Positions 51,879 through 61,806 of a DNA stretch of 64,000 nt are shown piece after piece. A program made the position numbers and the translations under genes. Origin of the DNA: an uncultured delta proteobacterium (lineage in GTDB: Bacteria; Desulfobacterota; Binatia; UBA9968); contig CAWFJP010000011.1 of NCBI GenBank assembly GCA_963816145.1, forward strand, positions 192,001 to 256,000, in the 5' to 3' direction. A model generated the notes under the pieces. The model did not search any database and was not told the DNA's origin. It was given only the letters and a program-made list of their open reading frames with translations. Position 1 is the first letter of the stretch, and the number at the start of each line of letters is the position of its first letter.

Positions 51879-52685
51879 ATGAACATTAACGAAGAAGATT
51901 TCGCTCAAGCGACTAGCGACACTGATCTGAGTTATTGCCGCGCGGCAATTTACAGCGTGCTGTCTCTGGGTTTTCAGCCGCCAACCGAGCAAATTTTATC
52001 TCGGCTCTTGACACCGGAAAGCCGAGCTTCGCTGGCGCATGCCGCGACGTTGCTTTATCCCGAGCAGAAAACCGATCTCGTCACCAGCATCGAGGCATTG
52101 GCCCAGGCCGGCGAAAACGATACCGCCGCGCTGGCTTCCCGTTATCGCTTCCTGTTTGGCCACACCGCCCGCGGCGAGATTACGCCGTATGAAACCGAAT
52201 ACGGCAACGAAGCACTGTTTCAGCAACCTCAAGAACTCGGCGACCTGATGGGCTTCTATCGCGCCTTCGGTCTGGACATGCGAGCCGGCACACATGAACG
52301 GCCCGACCACATTAGCTGCGAGTTCGAGTTCTTGATGTTCTTGGCGCTCAAAGAAGCCTATGCCCTGGAACACAACGACCGCGACATGCGCCAGGAAACC
52401 AGCAAGGCTGAAGTGCTATTCATGCGCGATCACCTCGGCCGTTTTCTGCCCGCATTCGTCGGCCTACTGCAGCGAGAAGATCGATCCGGTTTCTATGGGA
52501 ACCTCGGTGAACTCTGCCGCCGCTTTGTCAGCGCTGAGGCTGACCGGCTGCAAGTTCCGCTGGGTGCAGCAAACTTGGGGTTGCGGCCGGCGGACGACGG
52601 GAGCGTCCCTATGGCCTGCGGCAGCGGTGCGGAATGCGCCGCCATACCCGGCGCCGATACGCCGGAAGGAGCAGAATCGGCATGA
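51879..52685 (+). CDS. TorD/DmsD family chaperone (NxrD-like)
   Basis: PYETEY, GFYRAFG, ERPDHISCEFEF, FMRDHLGRF. Confidence 0.9.
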   Translation: MNINEEDFAQATSDTDLSYCRAAIYSVLSLGFQPPTEQILSRLLTPESRASLAHAATLLYPEQKTDLVTSIEALAQAGENDTAALASRYRFLFGHTARGEITPYETEYGNEALFQQPQELGDLMGFYRAFGLDMRAGTHERPDHISCEFEFLMFLALKEAYALEHNDRDMRQETSKAEVLFMRDHLGRFLPAFVGLLQREDRSGFYGNLGELCRRFVSAEADRLQVPLGAANLGLRPADDGSVPMACGSGAECAAIPGADTPEGAESA

Positions 52686-53650
52686 GCGAAGGGTTGAGCG
52701 TTAAATTCGATCCGAAGCTAGTTGAAGACACGGTGTTCTACTCTCAGGGCGCCAGCGATATTGCGCCGGAGCTCGCCAAGCAGCGCGACCGCATTTATGA
52801 CGTAGCCAAGCCCGAAGCGCGCGACGAACTATTTCGTGAACTCTATCGGACTTGGTTCAACCGTCTCGGTTTGGGAGAGCCGATCCACCGAGCTTTGCGC
52901 GAACAGGCGCTGGTCACGACTCGGGTAAATAACTGTTACGTCCTCTGCGCTACCCATGCGAAACAAGAAGGCGCCGAGCTCTTCGTCGCTACAGACCCGG
53001 CTTCGCGAGAGATCCAGCAGCGCAATTTGCGCATCTTGATCCGCCCCGCAACCTTGCTTCGAACCGAGGCGGTGATGGAGTTTCTCCGTCATGAACTATT
53101 TCATATCGCCGACATGCTCGACCCAGCGTTTGCCTACGAACCGACTTTGCCGAAGGCCGAGGGCGGGCCGACCTACGATACGCTGATCATCAACCGCTAT
53201 CGCGTGCTCTGGGATGTGACGATCGCCGGCCGCATGCTGCGGCGCGGCTGGTGTGCCGCCACCGTTCGCGATCAAGAGCTCAATAACTTCGTCCAAGCCT
53301 TTGCGATGCTGAACGGCCAGTACGAAGAACGTTTTCAGCGCTTTTTTGATGCAGCGGAGCCGCGCCATGCGGAACTCGCCGCGTTCGCCTTCGCTCCCCG
53401 AGCAGCCACGGACAATCTCTCGAACCAAGGGGTCGCTGGTACGCACTGTTCGTTGTGCCGATTTCCCACCCACGCTTTTGCATCCGAGCCCGCGCGCCTC
53501 GGCGCTGAAGTCTTAGCCGCGATCAATGAAGACTTCCCCGACTGGACCCCGGCAAAGGGACTCTGCGTCCAGTGCGCCGATCTCTACCGCGGCCGGCAAA
53601 TGTCGTTGGAGGCTTTGCGACTACTACCGGGATACATATCGTCGAGATAA
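52682..53650 (+). CDS. Hypothetical protein with HEXXH and two CxxC motifs
   Basis: LRHELFHIADMLDP; CSLCRFP..CVQCAD; ATGA overlap with the chaperone gene. Confidence 0.8.
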   Translation: MSEGLSVKFDPKLVEDTVFYSQGASDIAPELAKQRDRIYDVAKPEARDELFRELYRTWFNRLGLGEPIHRALREQALVTTRVNNCYVLCATHAKQEGAELFVATDPASREIQQRNLRILIRPATLLRTEAVMEFLRHELFHIADMLDPAFAYEPTLPKAEGGPTYDTLIINRYRVLWDVTIAGRMLRRGWCAATVRDQELNNFVQAFAMLNGQYEERFQRFFDAAEPRHAELAAFAFAPRAATDNLSNQGVAGTHCSLCRFPTHAFASEPARLGAEVLAAINEDFPDWTPAKGLCVQCADLYRGRQMSLEALRLLPGYISSR

Positions 53651-53708
53651 ATTAATTTCACGCCAGGAGTCGCCATATCCGATCAAAAACCGAAGGGAAC
53701 AATCTACA

Positions 53709-54803
53709 ATGCGAAGTTTCGACGAACTGCTTAAAGAGACGTCGACCATCCACGGCCACCAGTGCGCCGGGCAAATCTTGGGCGTCCGCATGGCGATGCT
53801 GGGATGCCGCGAAGTTGGCATCGACGAGCCGCGCGGCTGCAAGAAGCTGATCGTTTACGCTGAGATCGACCGCTGCGCCACCGATGCCGTGCAGGCGGTC
53901 ACCGGCTGCTCGCTCGGCAAACGGACGTTAAAGTTTCTCGACTACGGCAAGATGGCGATAACCTTCCTCAACACCGAGACCGGGCAAGCGGTGCGAGTGT
54001 TGGCGAAAGACGACGCGCGCAAGCTGGTGCCGCTGTATGTCCAGGACAGCGCCAATCCGCGAGAAGCACAAAAACAAGCCTATCGAATCATGCCTGAAGA
54101 AGCGCTCTTCGCCGTTAAACCGGTAACTATGGAAGTATCCCCGCAAGAGATGCCCGGCTATCGCGGCAAACGGGTAGAGTGCACCCGGTGTGGCGAGGGA
54201 ATAAACTTCAATCGCGAAGTCGAGCTCGCCGGCCTTGTGCTCTGTATTCCCTGCTCACAGGAAGAATTGCGCTCGAACGGTCATGGCAGTGGAGCAAAAA
54301 CAGCCGACGCTAAAGTCCTATTGATCGTCGGCTATAAGAAAGTCGGCAAGACAACCTTGATTGAGAGACTGATCCCGGAGCTCTCTCGGCGTGGCTATCG
54401 AGTCGGCACGGTGAAGCATCATCACTCGGACTTTCCGGTGTCAGTCGATACCGTGGGTACGGACACCTGGAGACATCGCCAAGCCGGGGCCGCCGGTGTC
54501 GCCCTGGTGACACCAACCGATGTCACGCTGTTCCGTAACGGTGAGAGTTCGGTTCCCCTCGATGACATCGTCGCCGGGTTGGGCGCAACCGATATTGTCT
54601 TAGTCGAAGGATTTCACCAGGAACCACGCGCTAAAATCGAAGTGCGATCGGCTCACATCGATGCAGCGTTGTGCGGCAACGACAAAAACCTGCTCGCGGT
54701 CGTCGGGCCGAATGCGCAGCAAGGCTCGATACCGACCTTTGCGCCCGGAAGCATCCAGCCCATCGCCGATTTCATCGAGCGCGAGATTTTGGTGCGAGCC
54801 TAA
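53709..54803 (+). CDS. mobB: FmdE-family domain fused to MobB (Mo-bis-PGD synthesis adaptor)
   Basis: HGHQCAG..G.RM, CATDAVQ..TGC, CTRCGE..CIPC; then VGYKKVGKTTL, VKHHH, DTWRH..AGA, VEGF. Confidence 0.85.
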   Translation: MRSFDELLKETSTIHGHQCAGQILGVRMAMLGCREVGIDEPRGCKKLIVYAEIDRCATDAVQAVTGCSLGKRTLKFLDYGKMAITFLNTETGQAVRVLAKDDARKLVPLYVQDSANPREAQKQAYRIMPEEALFAVKPVTMEVSPQEMPGYRGKRVECTRCGEGINFNREVELAGLVLCIPCSQEELRSNGHGSGAKTADAKVLLIVGYKKVGKTTLIERLIPELSRRGYRVGTVKHHHSDFPVSVDTVGTDTWRHRQAGAAGVALVTPTDVTLFRNGESSVPLDDIVAGLGATDIVLVEGFHQEPRAKIEVRSAHIDAALCGNDKNLLAVVGPNAQQGSIPTFAPGSIQPIADFIEREILVRA

Positions 54804-54833
54804 AGACCGCGCATCGAAGCGCGATCAAATCCT

Positions 54834-55403
54834 CTAAACCGCCTTGCGCTTGCCGGCGGTTCGCCCCTTGTCGCGTAGTTTTCGCCGCAGGAACTCGAGG
54901 ATACCGATGTGTTTGTGCGAGTCGTGAACCATCGTCGTGTAGAGCAATGCAAACACGTCACGATAGTGTCCTTGGCTCTCTTTTTTCAGCCGTTCGTATT
55001 CTTTGATCCCCTTGCGCTCAGCCTCAAGAAAGCGCTCAACGGATGCCAGCAGCTGGGCGCGCTTCTCCCCCTTTTCATAAACGCGCCGGGCCAGCCCTTC
55101 GGCGCGCGTCCACGCCAGCTCATCTTTGAGTTTCGTAATCATTCGGCGCGTCAGCTCGTGATGGCGCTGTTCGTCGGCGACGATCAGATCGAGGAGAAAG
55201 CGGATCAGTGGATCGCTCGACTCCTTGGCGATCACTTGATAATCCGTCAGCCACTGCTCCTCATGAGTCGCATGGGTTTGGAATTCGTTCATCAAACGCT
55301 GCACCGAGGAGAATTCCGGCGACTCAGGGACTCCCCACATCGCATCTTCCGCCCAGTAGTTGGCAATCGCTTTAATCGCTGACGACCGCGGGCTTCGTGC
55401 CAT
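54834..55403 (-). CDS. Ferritin-like domain protein
   Basis: E..Y, DEQRH, E..GIKEY and DSHKH four-helix diiron-type pattern. Confidence 0.75.
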   Translation of the reverse strand: MARSPRSSAIKAIANYWAEDAMWGVPESPEFSSVQRLMNEFQTHATHEEQWLTDYQVIAKESSDPLIRFLLDLIVADEQRHHELTRRMITKLKDELAWTRAEGLARRVYEKGEKRAQLLASVERFLEAERKGIKEYERLKKESQGHYRDVFALLYTTMVHDSHKHIGILEFLRRKLRDKGRTAGKRKAV

Positions 55404-55448
55404 GGCGTTCTCCCTTCAACGGCTAATGCTGTGTTGACAATTGAAATC

Positions 55449-55464
55449 AGCAAGGCGTATGCCA
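55449..55464 (-). promoter_or_regulatory. Sigma-54 promoter (ferritin-like gene)
   Basis: TGGCAT-ACGCC-TTGCT. Confidence 0.7.
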
Positions 55465-55580
55465 TGAGCTATTCGATGGAAGGGTCCGGCAATTTTCTGA
55501 TTATTGAGAATCAGTCGCCACGGCTTTCCGATTGTTGGGAAGGTTGCCAGTGAGATCTGCCGTTATCCCTTGGAAAATCC

Positions 55581-55596
55581 TGGCATTACGATTGCG
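55581..55596 (+). promoter_or_regulatory. Sigma-54 promoter (bcr operon)
   Basis: TGGCAT-TACGA-TTGCG, 37 nt before the bcrC ATG. Confidence 0.65.
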
Positions 55597-55633
55597 TTGA
55601 TCCTATTGCCAGAACTATGAAATGGGGTGGTCA

Positions 55634-56792
55634 ATGACAACTGTCGAGAATATCGTTTCTCGGTATCGCGAGCCTTTGGAAAACTCTCCCCTCGATCTCG
55701 TCCAAGATTGGAAACGGACCCACCCTGAAACAAAGATCGTCGGCTGCTATCCGGTCTACACCCCGGTCGAACTCATCCATGCCGCCGGCATGCTGCCCGT
55801 GGGCGTCATCGGCGCGGGCAACCGGTTGGAGATCGCCCACGCGGATTCCCGTTTCCAATCTTTCGTCTGCTCCATTGTGAAAAGCACCTTGGAGCTGGGT
55901 CTCACCGACAGACTGAAATTTCTCGACGGCATGGTGTTCCATTCGATTTGCGATCCGGCGCGCAATCTCGGCAGCGTGTTCACCCGCAACTTCCCCGATC
56001 TCATGGTGGAGTATATTCACTTTCCGCAAAACATGACTTCGCCTCACACCGTTGAGTATTTGCTCGCTGAATACAAAAGGATCGCCGTCAGCTACGAGCA
56101 ACTGGCGCGCCGGAAAATCACCGACGAAGCGCTGCGAACGAGCATTGCGCTTTACAATAAGCAGCGGCGCTTGATGCGAGAACTCTACGCCATCCGCAAA
56201 GCGACGCCGCAGAATCTTTCCACCGTCGAGTGCTACGTCCTGACCCGCATCGGCACGCTACTGCCCGGCCGAGGAACATATCGCGATCCTCGAGACGGCG
56301 ATCCCGCAACTGCGCCAGCGCAACGAAAAACCCAAGGACCGGATTAGAGTGGTCCTGGAAGGCTCGTTCTGTGAACAGCCGCCCCTCGAACTGCTGGAAG
56401 GATTGGAGGCAGCGGGTTGCTACATTCTCGATGACGATTTCGTGATCGGCTGGCGCTGGTTTTCCGAGGATATCCCCACCGACGGCGACCCCATGCGCAA
56501 TCTCGCCAACGCTTACCTCAACCGCAGCGTTTATTCCGGCGTCAAACACGATACCCGCGAGCCCAAATCCAAACACCTGATCGACAAATTCAGGGATGCC
56601 CGCGCCGACGCGGTATTGATCCTCGCCGCCAAGTTCTGCGAGCCGGCGCTGTTCGACTACGCGCTCTATAAACGGGCGCTCGAGAAAGAAGGAATCCCGC
56701 ATCTCTGCCTCGAGTTCGAGGAAAAGATGTGGATCTTCGATAAAGCGCGCACCGAGGTCGAAACTTTTGTCGAATCGATGCTCTTCGATTAG
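55634..56792 (+). CDS. bcrC: Class I benzoyl-CoA reductase subunit C (HgdB-fold); extra base near 56268
   Basis: ELIHAAGMLP, QSFVCSIVKSTLELGL, SICD..RNL, GSFCEQPPLEL, KFCEPAL. Confidence 0.85.
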
Positions 56793-56801
56793 GAGACAGT
56801 T

Positions 56802-58103
56802 ATGGCCGAAACAGCAGCAGCAGAAAAAACTCAGTATCAGGGTCAGATGCATCTTCTGCAGAAGGAAATGATGGGCCGCTACTTTGACCGCGTCACCCGT
56901 GCCGCGGAACAGGGCGAAGGCAAAGCCGTCTACATGCTGATCAGCGGCAATCCGGTGGAGCTCATCCAGGCCTTCGATCTGATTCCGGTCTATCCTGAAA
57001 TTGACGCCCTGCAGCTGGCGGCGAAGAAGAGCGCCCTGCCCTTCATCCTCAAGGCCGAAGAGTTGGGCTACTCGATGGACAACTGCGCCTATGTGAAAGC
57101 CGATGTCGGTCTGTTTCTCGGCGACCGCAAGACCCCGTTCGCAACCATCCCGCTGCCGTCGCTGATTCTCTGCAACTATGTCGGCTGCAATGTCTACTTG
57201 CAGTGGTTCGAGCACCTGGCCGAATACTGCGATGGGCAACTCTACAACCTCGACATCCCGTTCTTGCGCGACCCCTCCGGCGTGCCGAGCGCGGCGGACG
57301 TCACCTACGTCGTGCGCCAGCTCGAAGAAGTGATCGAAGTCTGCGAGCGATTGACCGGCAAGAAACTCGACTACGCACGGCTCAAACAAATCGTCGGCCG
57401 GTCGAGCGAAACCGGCCAAATGTGGGCGCGGATCAAAGCGCTGACCAAGAATCTGCCGTCACCCTTCGACGCCTATTTCGACTCGGTGACCATGATGGCG
57501 CCGCTCTATTGTCTGCGCGGAACCGAAGAAGGCGTGCGCTTCTTCGAGACCGCCCTCAAGGAGATGGAAGAGAAAGTGCGCCTGGGCCAGGGGCCGTTAC
57601 CCCAGGAGCGCTTCCGCTTCGTCATCGAAGGGCCGCCGCCTTGGGGCCATCTGCGAACCTTTAGAGATATGTTTTCCAAATGGGGCGCGGTGGCGGTGGC
57701 GTCGACTTACTCCACCGTCGGCGGCCTGTGGGAATTCGGTTTTCACCACGACTCCAATCACCCCTTGGAATCCATCGCTCAGCATATGCTCCAATGGAAC
57801 GTGACCAACCGCAACTTCCTGCAACGCTACCAACAGATTCGCCGCTACGTCGAAGAGTGGCATGCCGACGCGCTGGTGATTCACTCGGTGAAGAGCTGCC
57901 GGCTTTTCTCCGCCGGCCAGGGCGACATGCGGGAATATTTCACCAAAGAGCTGAACGTTCCCACCCTTTTGATCGAATCGGATCTTGAAGATCCGCGATA
58001 TTTTTCCGAAGCCCAGCTCAAAAACCGGGTCGACGCATTTTTCGAATCGTTGGAACACAAGAAAATGGTCCGTGCCGGCGCGGAAGCGGGAGGCGCAACA
58101 TGA
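56802..58103 (+). CDS. bcrB: Class I benzoyl-CoA reductase subunit B
   Basis: [53 protein letters not shown]. Confidence 0.88.
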   Translation: MAETAAAEKTQYQGQMHLLQKEMMGRYFDRVTRAAEQGEGKAVYMLISGNPVELIQAFDLIPVYPEIDALQLAAKKSALPFILKAEELGYSMDNCAYVKADVGLFLGDRKTPFATIPLPSLILCNYVGCNVYLQWFEHLAEYCDGQLYNLDIPFLRDPSGVPSAADVTYVVRQLEEVIEVCERLTGKKLDYARLKQIVGRSSETGQMWARIKALTKNLPSPFDAYFDSVTMMAPLYCLRGTEEGVRFFETALKEMEEKVRLGQGPLPQERFRFVIEGPPPWGHLRTFRDMFSKWGAVAVASTYSTVGGLWEFGFHHDSNHPLESIAQHMLQWNVTNRNFLQRYQQIRRYVEEWHADALVIHSVKSCRLFSAGQGDMREYFTKELNVPTLLIESDLEDPRYFSEAQLKNRVDAFFESLEHKKMVRAGAEAGGAT

Positions 58104-58933
58104 TTTACGCCGCTGGCATCGACGTTGGTTCGACTCAGACCAAAGGGATTATCCTCAACGACAAGTTCGAGATTGTCGCCCGGGCTTTGACCGACACCGG
58201 CGCTTACGTGACCCGGGCCGCTGAACGGTGCTTCGTCGAAGCGCTGCAGGCATCCGGCGTCAAGCGCGAAGATGTCGCCTATGTCGTCGGCACCGGTTAT
58301 GGCCGCTACAAGGTGACCTTCGGCGACGCGCAGATTACCGAAATCAGCTGCCATGCGCGCGGCGCCAGCTACCTCTTTCCCAAAACCCGCACCGTGATCG
58401 ACATGGGCGGCCAGGACGCCAAGGGCATCAAGATCGGCGTCGACGGCGATGTCAAAGACTTCGTCATGAACGATAAATGCGCCGCCGGCACGGGAAGATT
58501 TCTCGGCAGCGCCGCCGACGCTCTGGCGATTCGCCTGGACGATATCGGCGACATATCCCTCAAGGCCAAAAACCCGGTGCGCCTCACCACCGTGTGCACG
58601 GTGTTCGTCGAGTCGGACATCATGTCTTACCTCGCCCAGGGCAAGAAGACCGAAGACATCCTCGGCGGCGTGCACAGCGCCATCGCCGCTCGGACCATCT
58701 CCTTGATTCGCCGCGTCGGCATCGAGCCGGAGGTGACTTTTACCGGCGGGGTGTCAAAAAACATCGGCATGGTGCGCGCCCTCGAAGAAAAACTCGGCAT
58801 GAAACTCAACGTCAGTCCGGATTCCCATTTCGTCGGCGCCCTGGGCGCGGCCATCTTCGCCCTGGAGCGGGCAACGAAGTCGATGGGCGAAATGCAAAGA
58901 GCAACAGGAGGCGAGGCGGGCCCTAGTGCCTAA
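58100..58933 (+). CDS. bcrA: BCR ATP-dependent activase subunit (short BcrA/BzdQ-like)
   Basis: [48 protein letters not shown]. Confidence 0.8.
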   Translation: MIYAAGIDVGSTQTKGIILNDKFEIVARALTDTGAYVTRAAERCFVEALQASGVKREDVAYVVGTGYGRYKVTFGDAQITEISCHARGASYLFPKTRTVIDMGGQDAKGIKIGVDGDVKDFVMNDKCAAGTGRFLGSAADALAIRLDDIGDISLKAKNPVRLTTVCTVFVESDIMSYLAQGKKTEDILGGVHSAIAARTISLIRRVGIEPEVTFTGGVSKNIGMVRALEEKLGMKLNVSPDSHFVGALGAAIFALERATKSMGEMQRATGGEAGPSA

Positions 58934-58961
58934 TGCCTATTGCCTAATTTAAGGAGGCATC

Positions 58962-59789
58962 ATGACATTTGTCGCGGGCATCGACATGGGCGCCAAATCG
59001 ACCAAGGCGGTGGTCTTGGATGGGGAGAAACAAATTTGTGGCAAGGCCGCGATCAAAACCCGTCCGGATTTCGCCGCGGTTGCCAAGGAGGTGCTCGACT
59101 TGGCGCTGCAGCAGGCTGGGCTCAAAGAGAATGACCTGAACTACATCGCCACCACCGGCTTCGGCCGCTACAATGTGCCGTTCCGCGACGTTCAGATCAC
59201 CGACATCACCTGCGTCGGCCGCGGCGCGGTTTTTCTCTTTCCCAAGACCCGCTGCGTGCTCGACATCGGCGCCCAGAGCACGCGGGCGCTGCGGGTCAGC
59301 GACACCGGCAAGGTGCGCGAGTTCCGCACCAACGATAAGTGCGCCGCCGGCGCCGGCGGCTTCATCGAGCGCGCTTGCAAATATCTCGAGGTCAAGATCG
59401 ATCAGGTCGGCGATCTCTCCATCCAGGCCACCAAGCCGCAAACCATCAGCAGCGTGTGCGCCGTGTTGGCCGAATCGGAGATCATCAATCATGTCTCCAA
59501 CGGCGAGACCATCGAAAACATTCTGCGCGGCGTGCACAACTCGCTCGCTTCGCGGGCGCTCGCCTTGCTCAAGCGCTCGGGCATGGAAGACGAAGTCACC
59601 TTCGTCGGCGGCGTGGCCCGGCAAAAAGGCATGGTCAAAGCCCTTGAGGAAACGCTCAAGCGCAAGGTCAACGTCAGCGACGAGCCCGAGTTGGTCGGCG
59701 CGCTGGGCGCGGCCCTGCTGGCGCTGCGCCGGCTGGAAAAACTCCGCACCGAGAAAGCAAATCCTGTCGAAGAAGCGAGGGTGGCATAA
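58962..59789 (+). CDS. bcrD: BCR ATP-dependent activase subunit (BcrD/BzdP-like)
   Basis: GIDMG, TTGFGR, LDIGAQ, NDKCAAGAG, SSVCAVLAESE. Confidence 0.8.
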   Translation: MTFVAGIDMGAKSTKAVVLDGEKQICGKAAIKTRPDFAAVAKEVLDLALQQAGLKENDLNYIATTGFGRYNVPFRDVQITDITCVGRGAVFLFPKTRCVLDIGAQSTRALRVSDTGKVREFRTNDKCAAGAGGFIERACKYLEVKIDQVGDLSIQATKPQTISSVCAVLAESEIINHVSNGETIENILRGVHNSLASRALALLKRSGMEDEVTFVGGVARQKGMVKALEETLKRKVNVSDEPELVGALGAALLALRRLEKLRTEKANPVEEARVA

Positions 59790-60551
59790 TGGATCTTCAA
59801 AACAAGTCCGCATTGGTGGCCGGCGGCGGCGGCGGTATCGGCCGGGCGGTGGCGTTGGCGTTGGGGCGCGCCGGGGCGAAGGTAGCCGTCGCCGACATCG
59901 CCAAGGACAACGCCGAGAAAGTCAAATGCGGAAGTCCAAGGCCTCGGCGTGGGCGCCATGGCCTGCCCGGTGGATCTGACTCGCAAGGCCGACGTCGACC
60001 GCATGGTCGGCGAAATCATCGAGCGCTTCGGTCAGATCGATATCCTGGTCAACTGCCAGGGCTGGGATCGGCTCGAGCCCTTTGTCGAAAGCGACGAAGC
60101 GACTTGGGAAAAACTCTTGGCGATCAATTTCAAATCGGTGCTGTACACGGCCCGCGCGGTCTTGCCGAACATGATCTCCCATAACTTCGGCAAGGTCGTC
60201 AACATCAGCTCCGACGCCGGCCGGGTGGGATCGAGTTGGGAAGCGGTCTACGCCGGCGCCAAGGGCGCGGTCATCGCATTTTCGAAAACCATCGCCCGCG
60301 AGGTCGCGCGCTACCACATCAACGTCAATGTCGTCTGCCCAGGGTTGACGGAAACGCCGCTACTGCAAGCCGTGCGCAGTCAATCGGAACAGACCGCGAG
60401 AATCATCGATGCGGTGACCAAGGCGACCCCCTTCCGCCGTCCGGCGCAACCGGAAGAGATCGCCAACGCCGTTCTGTTTCTTACCTCGCCAGAGGCTGGT
60501 TTTATCACCGGCCAAACGCTGAGCGTGAGCGGCGGACTGACGATGGTGTGA
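59789..60551 (+). CDS. SDR, BadH-like (2-hydroxycyclohexanecarboxyl-CoA dehydrogenase-like); extra base near 59926
   Basis: GGGGGIG, LVNCQGWD..PF, SSDAGRVGSS.EAVYAGAKG, SVSGGLTM. Confidence 0.8.
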
Positions 60552-60562
60552 AGGGAAGTTAC

Positions 60563-60614
60563 CAGAACTCAGAAGTCAGCATTCAGAATATTCTGGCTCC
60601 TGACTTCTGAATTC
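60563..60614. repeat. Heptamer-based intergenic hairpin
   Basis: CAGAACT CAGAAGT CAGCATT CAGAAT / ATTCTG GCTCCTG ACTTCTG. Confidence 0.7.
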
Positions 60615-60637
60615 CCAATGACAAGGAGACGAATTCC

Positions 60638-61492
60638 ATGCGTAACGGAATCAACGCCATCGACATCATGTACTACGTCGCCACGCCGGAGTTTATTCAG
60701 CGCTGGAACGATGCGAAAAAAGGCGAGCTGATTTGCCGCATGGAAAAAGCCATCGGCGGCCTGCCGCAGTTCGACAGCTTCGACGCCATGCTCGCCAAAA
60801 TGGACGAAGCCGGCGTGGCAAAAGTTTTTATCACCCAGACCAAGATGTGGTCGTACCGCAACAAGTGGATGTACATGGACACCCAACTCGAAGAAGTCGC
60901 CCAGTACACCCGGCGTTATCCCGACCGCTTCGTCGGGCTCGCCGGCTACAACCCCTTTCGCATCAAAGAGTCTCTCGCCGAAATCGACTGCGCGGTCAAA
61001 GAGCATGGCTTCAAGGGCGTCTACGTGCACATCTACGGTTTCGATATCCCGCTGCACGACGCGAAAATGTATCCGCTCTACGCCAAGTGCGACGAACTCA
61101 AGATTCCCGTCTCGCTGCAAGTCGGCCATGTGTTGGAAGCGATGCCGAGCGAACATGCCCGGCCGATCTACTTGGACCGCATCGCCAGCGATTTTCCCGA
61201 ATTGAAAATCGTCGGCGCCCACACTGGCTGGCCCTGGGTCGAGGAGCTGATCTCGGTTTGCTACAAGTGGGACAATGTCTATTTCGGCGTCGACGCCTGG
61301 ATGCCCAAATACCTGAAGCCCGAGATCATTCACTACATCAACAGCCGTATGGGCCAGGACCGCTGCCTGTGGGGCACCAACGGTCTGCCCTGGAAAGAGA
61401 GTCTGGACCAATGGGACGAGATGGGGCTGAAGGAAGCGACCAAGAAAAAACTGCTGCACGATAACGCGGCTGAGCTGTTTGGATTGAGCTAA
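60638..61492 (+). CDS. Amidohydrolase_2 family protein
   Basis: YPDRF, YPLYAKC.EL..PV, DFPELKIVGAHTGWPW, WGTNG. Confidence 0.88.
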   Translation: MRNGINAIDIMYYVATPEFIQRWNDAKKGELICRMEKAIGGLPQFDSFDAMLAKMDEAGVAKVFITQTKMWSYRNKWMYMDTQLEEVAQYTRRYPDRFVGLAGYNPFRIKESLAEIDCAVKEHGFKGVYVHIYGFDIPLHDAKMYPLYAKCDELKIPVSLQVGHVLEAMPSEHARPIYLDRIASDFPELKIVGAHTGWPWVEELISVCYKWDNVYFGVDAWMPKYLKPEIIHYINSRMGQDRCLWGTNGLPWKESLDQWDEMGLKEATKKKLLHDNAAELFGLS

Positions 61493-61512
61493 CCCGCAGG
61501 GAGGAGAACGCC

Positions 61513-61761
61513 ATGATGTGCCGATTCCTAAACGCCGATTTCGAACTCTCGCTCCAATGTCCGGTCGACAAGCGTAATCATAGCGTCCGGTTCCAAGCTT
61601 ATCCCCAGTTGCGCGACCATGCGTTGGACGTGGTTGCCTGCGATGCCGCGCCCGAGGTCGAAAAGCTGACCTGTGGCAAAAATTGCCGGGCACTGATTGA
61701 GAGCGGCCTCTACTGGCAAAGGATTTATCCCGAGTCGGCGATTTACACGCAAGACCAATGA
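61513..61761 (+). CDS. Small Cys-rich hypothetical protein
   Basis: GGAGGAG RBS; CP..VVACD..LTCGKNC. Confidence 0.65.
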   Translation: MMCRFLNADFELSLQCPVDKRNHSVRFQAYPQLRDHALDVVACDAAPEVEKLTCGKNCRALIESGLYWQRIYPESAIYTQDQ

Positions 61762-61806
61762 AGAGTTTTCTATTGGCTGAGCGAACCGGAAGCTGGCGCA
61801 ACTGGA

